From an uncultured Actinomycetes bacterium (GTDB taxonomy: Bacteria; Actinomycetota; UBA4738; HRBIN12): 64,000 nucleotides of DNA. The notes beneath the pieces were generated by a model. That model worked only from the letters and a program-made list of their open reading frames with translations. It was not told the DNA's origin and ran no database searches. Position 1 is the first letter of the stretch; every line of letters begins with the position of its first letter. This document shows positions 8,161 to 16,995 of the stretch, piece by piece. The position numbers and the translations under genes are program-made. The DNA lies in NCBI GenBank assembly GCA_963825635.1, contig CAWGTU010000004.1, positions 67,362-131,361 on the forward strand, written 5' to 3'.

Positions 8161-8703
8161 CTACTTGCGCGTGACCAGCGTCTCCATCAGGTTGGCTCCC
8201 TGGTGGATCTGGACGTTCCCCCGTTGGATGCGGCCGCGGTCGTTGCACCCTTCGGTGATCTCCACGCCCGTGTTGCACAGGGTGTTCCAGACGGCGGGGT
8301 CGCCGTTGGCGTCCATCGCGTACATGGCGTTGTAGGTGAAGAACGCGCGGATCGCATCGCGATCGCCCGGCTCGCCGCGATCGACGAAGTAGAACTCCGC
8401 CCACAGGGTCGTGCCCTCCCTGTCCTCGCACTCCGCGGTGACCTTCGTGCGCAGGGCGCCGCTCGGCGCGGGCTTCAGGTTGCGGTACGACGTGATCTCG
8501 TCGCACTGCACCCACCACGCGGTGCCGTCGTGCGTGACGTACGTGATCTGACCCTTGAGCGCGAGCTTGGCGTTGAAGCCGATCGTCGCACCGTTGTGCG
8601 TCTTCCCCGTCCCGTTCGTCTGTTGCACGGCGATCGCCGCCGTGGCGGCCAGGACCACGACCAACAGAGAGGCAACGACCACCCCGATCGAACGTCTCGT
8701 CAT
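8161..8703 (-). CDS. Hypothetical secreted or membrane-anchored protein
   Basis: Start at MTRRSIGVVVASLLVVVLAATAAIA, preceded by GAGGAGG. N-terminal hydrophobic anchor, 4 Cys. No recognisable family. Confidence 0.65.
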   Translation of the reverse strand: MTRRSIGVVVASLLVVVLAATAAIAVQQTNGTGKTHNGATIGFNAKLALKGQITYVTHDGTAWWVQCDEITSYRNLKPAPSGALRTKVTAECEDREGTTLWAEFYFVDRGEPGDRDAIRAFFTYNAMYAMDANGDPAVWNTLCNTGVEITEGCNDRGRIQRGNVQIHQGANLMETLVTRK

Positions 8704-8847
8704 CACGACCTCCTCTGCGGACGACTGGATGTCGGGTCGTCCGACACCCAACGGATCTCACGGCGTTGGGCCGAGGAACCTACATCGAACGTACGACCAC
8801 CATGAGGTCTTCGCAAGCAGGCGAAGGTCCAATCCTCGACCCCTCGG

Positions 8848-9474
8848 TCAGATGAACCGCCAGGAGTCCAGGAACTCGTCGAGCCGGCGCAGGTTGGCCT
8901 CGAACCCGACCTCCTCGTCGGCGAGGGTCACCCGCCATGCCACACCGTCCTTCGTGAACAACACCTCGCGGGAGCGCACGAGGCTGTCGGGTCCCTCGAC
9001 GGTCACGTCGAAGGCGACCGCTTCGGTCCCGTCGACCTCGAGCGACGAGGCGGCGCCCGTGCGACCCCCCGCATCCTCGTCGTATCCCCGCACGAACTGC
9101 TCGAAGCGGGCGAGATCCTGGCCCTTCGTGAGAGACACGGCACTCACCGTGATCGTGGCCGCGCCGTCCTGCAGCAGGAAGCGGTCGAGTGGCTCATCGC
9201 CGCCCTGGGCTGCCGAGGCGATCCATCCCCCCGGGGTTCGAGCGCAGTAGCCGAAGCGCACAGACTCGAAGTCGCCCGCGGCGCACCCCGACCCACCACT
9301 CGCCCACGACACGACGGCGAATGCGCCGACGCCCACGAGCACGGTCGCGAGGATCGCGATCACGATCGGCACAATCGTGCGGCGCTCGGGCTGGTCGGAA
9401 CCCTCGGGCGGCAGACCCTCCCCCCCTCCGCCCGAGCCCGGGGGCGGCGGCATCGGCGAGCCGCCCGACGGCAC
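8848..9474 (-). CDS. Hypothetical membrane-anchored protein with a Pro/Gly-rich N-terminus
   Basis: 208-aa ORF with one TM helix (IVPIVIAILATVLVGVGAFAVV) and a globular C-terminal domain. No recognisable family. Confidence 0.6.
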   Translation of the reverse strand: MPSGGSPMPPPPGSGGGGEGLPPEGSDQPERRTIVPIVIAILATVLVGVGAFAVVSWASGGSGCAAGDFESVRFGYCARTPGGWIASAAQGGDEPLDRFLLQDGAATITVSAVSLTKGQDLARFEQFVRGYDEDAGGRTGAASSLEVDGTEAVAFDVTVEGPDSLVRSREVLFTKDGVAWRVTLADEEVGFEANLRRLDEFLDSWRFI

Positions 9475-9555
9475 GGGGGCAGGGGGATCGACGACGTCGC
9501 TCCCTCGTGGGCGCCCTCCACGATCGCCTCGCCGAGCTCGTCGAGCGGCATGAGG

Positions 9556-10803
9556 TCAGCCCGTGGGGATGTCGGGCGACGAGCCCGACCGGTCGAGCGC
9601 GAAGCGCTCGTGCACGACGCGCACCGCACGCTGGCCGTCGCCGGCCCTGATCACGCACGAGATGCGGATCGGCGACGTCGAGATCATCTCGATGTTGATG
9701 CCCTCACCCGCGAGCGAGTCGAACATGTCGGCGGCGACCCCCGGATGGCTCTTCATCCCCGCGCCGACGAGCGAGAGCTTCGCGATGTCGTCGTCGATCG
9801 TGTAGGCGTCTGCCCCGATCTCCTTCACGAGCCGTTCCATCACGCCGTGCACGCGGGGAAGGTCGACCCGGGGGGCGGTGAACGAGAGGTCGGTGGCGCC
9901 CGCGTGCGACACGTTCTGCACGATCATGTCGATCGAGATGGCATCGTCGGCGATCGCCTTGAACACCGTGGCGGCGACGCCGGGCCGGTCGGGCACACGC
10001 TCGAGCGTCACCTTCGCCTCATCGGTGTCGAGCGCGACCCCGGAGATCAACACACCTTCCATCGGCTCCTCCACTTCCCGGATCCAGGTGCCCGGCTCGT
10101 CCTCGAACGAGGACCGGACGTGCAGCTGCACGCCGGTTCGCCGCGCGTACTCGACCGATCGGGACTGCAGCACGGTGGCCCCCGCGGCGGCCATCTCCAG
10201 CATCTCGTCGTAGCTCACCACGTCGAGCTTGCGAGCCCGAGGCTCGATCCGCGGGTCGGTCGTGAAGACACCCGCGACGTCTGTGTAGATCTCGCAGACA
10301 CCGGCCCCGATCGCCGCCGCCATCGCCACCGCCGTGAGGTCGGAGCCACCCCGCCCCAGCGTCGTGATCTCGTACTGACTCATGCTCAGCCCCTGGAAGC
10401 CGGCGAGCACCACGACGTTGCCGGACCCGAGCGCCTCCAGGATACGCTTGGGCCTGATCTCGACGATCCTCGCCGAGCCGTGCTGCGTGTCGGTCATGAT
10501 GCCGGCCTGCGAGCCCGTGTAGCTCGCCGCCCTGCATCCCCGAGCGTTGATCGCGATCCCCAACAGCGACATCGCGATGCGCTCCCCCGCCGTGAGCAAC
10601 ATGTCGAGCTCACGAGGGTCGGGCACGGTTGCGATCTCGTTCGCCATCGCGAGCAGCTCGTCGGTGGTGTGGCCCATCGCCGAGACGACGACCACCACGT
10701 CGTTGCCGCCCTCGCGCGCACGCACGACCCGGTCGGCCACCGCCAGGATCCTCTCGACCGATCCGACGGACGTGCCGCCGTACTTCTGCACGATGATGGG
10801 CAT
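9556..10803 (-). CDS. lysC: Aspartate kinase
   Basis: MPIIVQKYGGTSVG...VVVVSAMGHTTDELL...TLGRGGSDLTAVA plus C-terminal ACT domains. ORF 9556..11463 trimmed to this ATG. An internal RBS and ATG at 10062 mark a possible beta subunit. Confidence 0.95.
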   Translation of the reverse strand: MPIIVQKYGGTSVGSVERILAVADRVVRAREGGNDVVVVVSAMGHTTDELLAMANEIATVPDPRELDMLLTAGERIAMSLLGIAINARGCRAASYTGSQAGIMTDTQHGSARIVEIRPKRILEALGSGNVVVLAGFQGLSMSQYEITTLGRGGSDLTAVAMAAAIGAGVCEIYTDVAGVFTTDPRIEPRARKLDVVSYDEMLEMAAAGATVLQSRSVEYARRTGVQLHVRSSFEDEPGTWIREVEEPMEGVLISGVALDTDEAKVTLERVPDRPGVAATVFKAIADDAISIDMIVQNVSHAGATDLSFTAPRVDLPRVHGVMERLVKEIGADAYTIDDDIAKLSLVGAGMKSHPGVAADMFDSLAGEGINIEMISTSPIRISCVIRAGDGQRAVRVVHERFALDRSGSSPDIPTG

Positions 10804-10844
10804 GCCGGGGTTGGCTCCTGTCGCCGCCGGTGTCGACGTCGAGT

Positions 10845-12932
10845 CTATCCGGGGGGGCTCGGCCGTCCGGCAACGCCGAGCGCACGACGCAAGAAGTCCA
10901 CCTCGATCTGGAGCATCGCCTCGGCAGCAGCGGGATCGGTGGGGCGGTGGGTGATGCCGCTCAGGGGGATGAAGGAGTGTGGGCGACCGGCTTCCATGAG
11001 CGCCTTCGACATGCGCAGGGAGTGCGCCGCGTACACGTTGTCGTCGGCCAGGCCGTGGATCAGCAGCAGCTCGCCCTGCAGGTTCGGCGCATCGGGGATC
11101 AGGTCGGCGTTCGCGTACGCCTCGGCGTGGGTGTCGGGCATGCCGAGGTAACGCTCCGTGTAGTGCGTGTCGTACAGACGCATGTCGGTGACCGGGGCGC
11201 CGGAGATGCCGGCGTGGAACACGTCGGGCCGGCGGAGCAGCGCGCCGAGGGTCAGGTAGCCGCCGTACGACCAGCCGCGGATCGCCACCCGAGAGAGATC
11301 GAGGAACGGGTGTCCCTCGGCCGCGGCGTGCAGGCCATCCACTTGATCCTCGAGCGCGTGATCGAGGTAGTTGCTGTGCACGGACTGTTCCCATGACACG
11401 CCCCGGTACGGGGTGCCTCGACCGTCGATCACGAGCACGGCGAACCCCTGGTCGGCGAGCCACTGCGATTCGAGCAGCGGCCGCTGAGCACGTACCACCC
11501 GTCCGAAGTGCGGACCCCCGTACGGATCGAGCAGCACCGGAAGCGGCTGCGAGGGCTCCCGACCCGACGGGACGAACATCGCCGTCCTCAGATCGCGCGA
11601 ACCCGTCGAGAGGAACGTCGGTCGGCCGGTGATGACCGGGGTCTCAGCCACTCGGTCGAACGTGTGGAGGGTCCCGCCGTCATGGACCAGCCGCACGGTC
11701 GGCAGCGGCTCGGTGGCCGATTCGCTCACGAGCACGGCGAGATCGCCGCCGACCACCGCTCCATGCTGACCTTCACCGTCGCTCACCTGCACCGGCGTCG
11801 CGTCGGGTGCCATCCGCCACACGTGCAGCTCCGTCGGCTCCGGGGTTCCCAGGAACCACACGGCGTCGCCAGCCTCGAGCACGGAGTCGACCTGGAGCCC
11901 GACGGGAGAGGCGGGTTCGTCGTCGATCAGCAGCATGCGCGTATCGGCGCGGTGCCCCACCGTCAGCAGGCGGCCGCCCGGCAGCCATGTCGGCACACCC
12001 GGCGTCACGTGCGTCCACCGGTCGTCGTGGTCCCGCCAGACGACCTCGGTCGCCCCGGTGTCCGGATCGATCGCCAGCACCTGCACGTCGCGTTGATCGC
12101 GCGACTGCACCAGCGCCAACGGAGGGCCCTCCTCGGTCCACGACACGGCGACCACGTACTCGAACCCCGCCCGATCCCACGCCACGTCGACCCGTGAGCC
12201 GTCGACGCCCAGCACGTGCAGGGTCACGATTGCGTTCGGGGTGCCTGCCTGCGGGTATCGAACGACGCGAGGCGCAGCCGCAGGATCGATCGGCGAGGCG
12301 ATGTGCCACACCTGCACCGGACGGTCGTCGACCCGGCAGGCGATCAACCGCTCGCCGTCGGGCGCCCACCAGTGCCCGCGCCGCCGCTCCATCTCCTCGG
12401 CGGCGATGAACTCCGCGACACCCCATCGCACGTCGGGGTCCTCATCGTCGGCGAGCAGCACGTCGTCACCCGTGGCGAGGTCGAGCACTCGCAGGGATCC
12501 GCCCGCCTCGTATGCGACCCGGCCACCGTCGCGCGAGAGCCTCGGATCGAACGGCGCTCCCCGCGTCGTGAGCGTTCGCGCCGCCCCGGTGACGAGATCC
12601 ACATGCATCAACCCGTCGCTCGACACGAACACCGCCGACCGCACGTCGCGATCGGTCGTGTACGACGTGACCCCGCTCTGCTTCTCACCCGTGCGTTCGC
12701 GCCGGTCGATCTCTTCCTGCGAGAGGCGCTCCTCGGCGCCGGCTGGATGGAAGACCTCGCGCTCCGCCCTCCCGTCGACATCGAGCACCCACAGCCCGGC
12801 CACCGGGTCGTCGCCGGCCCTCGAACGCAGGAACGCCACCCGCGATCCGTCGTCGGCGATCGTGAACGCGCGGGGAAGTCCGAGATTGAAGTTGCGGGTG
12901 CGCGCGGCCTGACGCGGATACGAATCGCTCAT
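10845..12932 (-). CDS. S9 family peptidase (dipeptidyl aminopeptidase-like)
   Basis: 695 aa. N-terminal beta-propeller-like region. C-terminus has IRGWSYGGYL (the GxSxGG nucleophile elbow) and LIHGLADDNV. Confidence 0.85.
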   Translation of the reverse strand: MSDSYPRQAARTRNFNLGLPRAFTIADDGSRVAFLRSRAGDDPVAGLWVLDVDGRAEREVFHPAGAEERLSQEEIDRRERTGEKQSGVTSYTTDRDVRSAVFVSSDGLMHVDLVTGAARTLTTRGAPFDPRLSRDGGRVAYEAGGSLRVLDLATGDDVLLADDEDPDVRWGVAEFIAAEEMERRRGHWWAPDGERLIACRVDDRPVQVWHIASPIDPAAAPRVVRYPQAGTPNAIVTLHVLGVDGSRVDVAWDRAGFEYVVAVSWTEEGPPLALVQSRDQRDVQVLAIDPDTGATEVVWRDHDDRWTHVTPGVPTWLPGGRLLTVGHRADTRMLLIDDEPASPVGLQVDSVLEAGDAVWFLGTPEPTELHVWRMAPDATPVQVSDGEGQHGAVVGGDLAVLVSESATEPLPTVRLVHDGGTLHTFDRVAETPVITGRPTFLSTGSRDLRTAMFVPSGREPSQPLPVLLDPYGGPHFGRVVRAQRPLLESQWLADQGFAVLVIDGRGTPYRGVSWEQSVHSNYLDHALEDQVDGLHAAAEGHPFLDLSRVAIRGWSYGGYLTLGALLRRPDVFHAGISGAPVTDMRLYDTHYTERYLGMPDTHAEAYANADLIPDAPNLQGELLLIHGLADDNVYAAHSLRMSKALMEAGRPHSFIPLSGITHRPTDPAAAEAMLQIEVDFLRRALGVAGRPSPPG

Positions 12933-13474
12933 GCGGGAGCCGGTTGCGAGCTCTTCCTCACGATGTCACCGACGCGGACGATGCCGCCCTGCACCACCCT
13001 CGCGTTCATCCCTCGAAGGCGCGCGGCCCGGCCCTCGGCCGAGTTCACGAACCGCAGCGCCTCGGCCCCGAACCGCGCGGAGAACTTCGCGCACCCCGTG
13101 TGCGGCTTCGCGCTGACCTCGAGCAGCACGTCGCCGATGTGCAACCGGCTGCCGGGAGGCAGGTTCTCCACGCCGAGGTCCAGGTCGACGTAGAGCTGAT
13201 CGCCGGCGAGCGGCCATCGATCGACGTCGCCCGCGAGCAACGCGACGCAGCGCGCATTCATCAGCGTCACCTCGGCCTCGGGTGACGGCTTCGGCTCCGA
13301 GACCCACCGGTCGCCCACGACGCCCCTCCCCCGCTCGATCCGCGCCTCGGCCACGACCTCGCGCTTGTCCTCGGTGGGTCGCCGCACGACCATCTCGACC
13401 CTGCCCTCGTCACGCGGCGACCCCAGGATGTGCGCCAGGCCCCCCTGCAGTTCGTCGATCCCGAGCGCGGTCAT
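12929..13474 (-). CDS. MOSC domain-containing protein
   Basis: ORF 12929..14188 trimmed to MTALGIDEL (13474). Contains LLEVSAKPHTGCAKF and RGMNARVVQGGIVRVGD, typical of MOSC. The stop overlaps the start of the peptidase gene (ATGA). Confidence 0.75.
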   Translation of the reverse strand: MTALGIDELQGGLAHILGSPRDEGRVEMVVRRPTEDKREVVAEARIERGRGVVGDRWVSEPKPSPEAEVTLMNARCVALLAGDVDRWPLAGDQLYVDLDLGVENLPPGSRLHIGDVLLEVSAKPHTGCAKFSARFGAEALRFVNSAEGRAARLRGMNARVVQGGIVRVGDIVRKSSQPAPA

Positions 13475-13527
13475 CCCGAGGCCCCTTCCTTCGGTCCTGA
13501 GAGCACGCTCGAACGTACCATCGCGGG

Positions 13528-14550
13528 ATGCGCGCCTGGCTCCTCCACGACTCGGACGGCCCCGGCTCGTACGTGCTCGACGAGGTGTCCGAGTCGGAGC
13601 CCGGCCCGGGTGAGGTGCGCGTGGCGTTGCACGCGTCGGCCCTGAACCACCTCGACCTCTGGGTGGCCCGAGGCATGCCGGCCCCGCCATCGTTCCCGCA
13701 CGTGAGCGGGGCCGACGGCGCCGGGGTCGTCGACGCGGTGGGCGACGGGGTCGACGACCTGCGGACCGGCGACGAGGTGGTGATCGACCCGTCGACCTCG
13801 TGTGGCGCATGCCCCGCGTGCGCCCGCGGCGACGTGCCGTTCTGTCGGGACTTCCGCATCGTGGGCGAACACCGCTGGGGCACCCATGCCGACGCCGTGG
13901 TCGTGCCCGCCGAGAACGTGCGCTCGAAGCCTGCCTCGCTTTCCTGGGAAGCCGCCGCGGCGACCGGGCTCGTGACGTCGTCGGCGCTGCGGATGCTGCG
14001 CCGCGCCCGGTTCGAGCCCGGCGCCGACGTCCTCGTCGTGGGCGTCGGCGGGGGCACCTCGACGGCCGCGTTCCTCCTGGCAGGTGCGCTCGGAGCGCGC
14101 CGGCTGTGGGTGACGACGCGGGAGGTCGCCAAGCTCCGATGGGCAGCGGACCACGGGGCGACCGGCGGCTGGCGAACGTCGGAGCCATTCGATGAGCTCG
14201 TCCGAGCCGAGACCGACGGCCGAGGCGTCGACATCGTCGTCGACAACGTCGGCACGCTCACGTTCGACCGCTCGCTGCGATCGCTCGCGAGGGGCGGACG
14301 GCTCGTCACGAACGGCTCGACCACGGGCCGCACGGCCGAGTTCCACCTCCCGACCTTGTTCTGGCGCCAGCTCGAGGTGATCGGCGCCACCATGAACGAC
14401 CATCAGGAGTTCGCCGACGCGATGCAGCTCGTCGGCAGCGGGGCGATCGAGATCCCGATCGACGCGACGTTCGGCTTCGAGGAGTTCCCCGCTGCGCTCG
14501 AGCGACTCGAGGCGGGGCGTCAGCTCGGCAAGATCGTGCTCACCCGCTGA
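13528..14550 (+). CDS. Zn-dependent alcohol dehydrogenase / quinone oxidoreductase (MDR family)
   Basis: 340 aa. GADGAGVVDAVG, CGACPACARGD (structural zinc Cys cluster) and VVGVGGGTS. TACCAT lies 6 nt upstream of the ATG. Confidence 0.85.
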   Translation: MRAWLLHDSDGPGSYVLDEVSESEPGPGEVRVALHASALNHLDLWVARGMPAPPSFPHVSGADGAGVVDAVGDGVDDLRTGDEVVIDPSTSCGACPACARGDVPFCRDFRIVGEHRWGTHADAVVVPAENVRSKPASLSWEAAAATGLVTSSALRMLRRARFEPGADVLVVGVGGGTSTAAFLLAGALGARRLWVTTREVAKLRWAADHGATGGWRTSEPFDELVRAETDGRGVDIVVDNVGTLTFDRSLRSLARGGRLVTNGSTTGRTAEFHLPTLFWRQLEVIGATMNDHQEFADAMQLVGSGAIEIPIDATFGFEEFPAALERLEAGRQLGKIVLTR

Positions 14551-14556
14551 CTCGAG

Positions 14557-14582
14557 GGAACCGGGAGCACGCCTCGAGCGTC
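14557..14582 (+). promoter_or_regulatory. ECF-type promoter GGAAC-N17-CGTC upstream of the sigma factor gene
   Basis: GGAAC at 14557-14561, a 17-nt spacer, then CGTC at 14579-14582. About 95 nt upstream of the sigma start. Confidence 0.45.
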
Positions 14583-14675
14583 ACACCCCTGTCACACGCC
14601 CACGCTCCCGCGGCATGACCGGTCGGACGGACACCGCACGACCCCGCCCGCGGGACGGACACGAGAGGTGAGGCC

Positions 14676-15263
14676 GTGCCCGAAGAGCGCACCGACACGG
14701 AACTGCTGATCGCCTCGCGCACCGAGCCCGAGGCCTTCACCGAGCTGTACCGGCGTCACGCCGAGGACCTGCTGCGCTACTTCGCGCGGCGCACCCTCGA
14801 CCCGGAGACCGCCGCCGAGCTCACCGCGGAGACGTTCGCCGAGGCGTTCGCATCGCGGGCGACCTATCGAGACCAGGGAGTGAACGGCGTGGCATGGCTC
14901 TACGGCATCGCGCGGCACCGGCTGGGGCGATTCTTCCGCAACGGCAAGGTCGACGCTGCCGCCCGCCGCAGGCTCGGCATGCCGGAGCGCGACCTGCCGC
15001 CCGAGGACTACGAGCGCATCGAGGACCTGATCGACTTCGCGCCGATCCGCGCGGCGCTCGCCGAGGCGCTCGAGACGCTCAGCCCCGACCAGCGCGACGC
15101 GATGCGCCTGCGCGTGATCGACGGCCTCGGGTACGCCGAGGTCGCCGAGCGCCTGACGTGCACCGAACAGAACGCCCGGCAGCGGGTGAGCCGGGGGCTG
15201 AGGAAGATCGCGCTGTTGCTGCAGGAGCGGGGGATGCAGCTCACCACGGAGGTGGAGGCATGA
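14676..15263 (+). CDS. ECF (sigma-70 family) RNA polymerase sigma factor
   Basis: 195 aa. Region 2 (AWLYGIARHRL) and region 4 HTH (GLGYAEVAERLTCTEQNARQRVSRG). Confidence 0.85.
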   Translation: MPEERTDTELLIASRTEPEAFTELYRRHAEDLLRYFARRTLDPETAAELTAETFAEAFASRATYRDQGVNGVAWLYGIARHRLGRFFRNGKVDAAARRRLGMPERDLPPEDYERIEDLIDFAPIRAALAEALETLSPDQRDAMRLRVIDGLGYAEVAERLTCTEQNARQRVSRGLRKIALLLQERGMQLTTEVEA

Positions 15264-16453
15264 ACACGGACATCCGCTCGCTCCAGCTGCTGGAACGAGA
15301 TCTCGAGGCGGTGGCTGCGCATGAGCGCGACCGGCTCGCCTCGATCGATCGGTCGCTCGACGGTGGCTCCGGCGGACCGCGCCGCCTTCCTCGGCGCGGA
15401 CGCGGCGGAGGTCACGGGTGGGGCGGCATCGCGGCCGCCCTGGTCGCCGTACTGGTGCTCGCCGGAGGCATCGGATTCCTGGCACAGGGAGGCTCCGATG
15501 AGATGCAGGCGGCCGATGGCGGGATCGCTGAGGTAGGCGACGCCGTCTCGGGCGCCGACGGTGGCGACGCGGGAGGCGGCGGCTCCGGCCCTCAGGCCAC
15601 CACGGCCCCGGCCCCTGCCGACGCGCCCGGCGTCGGCGGCGCCAACGACGCTCTGGTCCCGACCATCGACTCCGGACGTGCAGCCCTTGGGGTCGGGGAT
15701 GAGGGGGCGCGAGACACAGCCGGGCCCCCCCTGCAAGGCGTCGGCGCCGTGCCCGAGCAGCAGGGCGACCTGGCGAAGATCATCCGGGACGGCCGCATCG
15801 GCATCGTGATCGCCGACGGGTCGTTCTCGAAGGGGGTTGCCGGTGTCACCCAGATCGCCCGACGCAACGGCGGGTTCGTGCTCGAGTCGAGCTCGCGCGA
15901 CGAGCGGAGCGGGGCGTTGACCCTTCGGGTGCCTGCGAAGCGATTCGACGACACGATGCTGGCGTTGCGCGCGCTCTCCGGTCAGCTCGACGGCGAGGTC
16001 GAGTTCCAGGACATCACGGGACAGGACGTGACCGCCGAGTTCATCGACCTGCAGGCTCGACTCGACATCCTGAAGGATCGGCGCGAGCTGCTGCTCGACA
16101 TCCAGGCCGACGCGACGTCGACATCGGAGATCCTGCGGCTCGCCGCGTTGATCGACGACGTGCAGCTGCAGATCGAGAACATCCAGGGCCGCTTGAACTT
16201 CCTGAAGGACCAGGTCGCCGAGGCGACGATCAAGGTCGAGGTGCGCGAGCGCGACGTGCAGGCCGAGGACCCGGGCTCCGACCCCGAGAATCCCAGCCTG
16301 GCCGACTCGTTCGAGCTCGCGGTGCAGGGGTTCCTGCGCATCATCGGCGCGGTCGTCATCGGGCTCGGCTACCTGATCCCGCTCGGCGTGATCGGGCTGA
16401 TCGGCTGGGGCGTGCTCAGGCTGGTGCGGCGTCGCGATCGCGGAGCCAGCTGA
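15260..16453 (+). CDS. Putative anti-sigma factor with an extracytoplasmic DUF4349 domain
   Basis: ATG at 15260 overlaps the sigma stop (ATGA). One TM helix (IAAALVAVLVLAGGIGF), a low-complexity linker, a DUF4349-like coiled region (DLQARLDILKDRRELL...) and a C-terminal TM helix. Confidence 0.7.
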   Translation: MNTDIRSLQLLERDLEAVAAHERDRLASIDRSLDGGSGGPRRLPRRGRGGGHGWGGIAAALVAVLVLAGGIGFLAQGGSDEMQAADGGIAEVGDAVSGADGGDAGGGGSGPQATTAPAPADAPGVGGANDALVPTIDSGRAALGVGDEGARDTAGPPLQGVGAVPEQQGDLAKIIRDGRIGIVIADGSFSKGVAGVTQIARRNGGFVLESSSRDERSGALTLRVPAKRFDDTMLALRALSGQLDGEVEFQDITGQDVTAEFIDLQARLDILKDRRELLLDIQADATSTSEILRLAALIDDVQLQIENIQGRLNFLKDQVAEATIKVEVRERDVQAEDPGSDPENPSLADSFELAVQGFLRIIGAVVIGLGYLIPLGVIGLIGWGVLRLVRRRDRGAS

Positions 16454-16982
16454 GCGCCCGGAATCGTTCGGCCGCCGCCGAGGCCACGTGCGCGTCTTCC
16501 CCCGCTCGGCCCTCGGTGGCGCCGAACCAGGCGTCGGCCTCGAGCCAGGCCGCCTCGATCTGCTCGTCGGGACGCAACCGTCCGTGGGTGCGGAACCCGT
16601 CGACCGATCCGTAGCGCGTCACCGCCTCGTCGAGGCGCTGCTGCTCGAACTCCAGCCCGTACCGCGGCATCTCCTCGAGGTGGGCGAGGGCCCACAGCAG
16701 GGTGCCGAGCGCCTCCTTGCGCCACATCGCGTCGGCGACGGCCTCACGGGGCCAGGAACCCGAGGGTCCCTCGAACAGCCGTCGCTCGGCCTCGGTCACG
16801 GCCGGCCATACGGCCTCGCGCTCGAGCCAGTCGTCGGTCTCGCGGCGAGCCGCCTCTGCCTGACGGATGCGACCGGGGTCGCCCTCGGTCTCGGCCACGA
16901 CGTACTCGATCGTGCCGCGGCGCACCAACGCGTAGAGCACGAGGGCACGGTCGCTGACCTCGCCGGCGGAGGGTCTGATCAT
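16416..16982 (-). CDS. DUF4272 domain-containing protein
   Basis: 188 aa. W-rich pattern AMWRKEALGTLLWALAHLEEMP is typical of DUF4272. The 3' end overlaps the convergent gene by 38 nt. Confidence 0.65.
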   Translation of the reverse strand: MIRPSAGEVSDRALVLYALVRRGTIEYVVAETEGDPGRIRQAEAARRETDDWLEREAVWPAVTEAERRLFEGPSGSWPREAVADAMWRKEALGTLLWALAHLEEMPRYGLEFEQQRLDEAVTRYGSVDGFRTHGRLRPDEQIEAAWLEADAWFGATEGRAGEDAHVASAAAERFRALSWLRDRDAAPA

Positions 16983-16995
16983 GCAGGGGTGACCC

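Noticed and set aside
10804-11463. N-terminal 220-aa extension of the aspartate kinase ORF (track ORF 9556-11463)
   Set aside because: The extension is Arg/Pro junk and overlaps the 3' end of the S9 peptidase gene. The canonical kinase N-terminus MPIIVQKYGGTS starts at 10803.
13475-14188. N-terminal 237-aa extension of the MOSC ORF (track ORF 12929-14188)
   Set aside because: It is almost pure Arg/Pro/Ala and lies antisense to the MDR dehydrogenase gene. The MOSC domain begins at the ATG at 13474, which has a GAAGGAAGGGG RBS.
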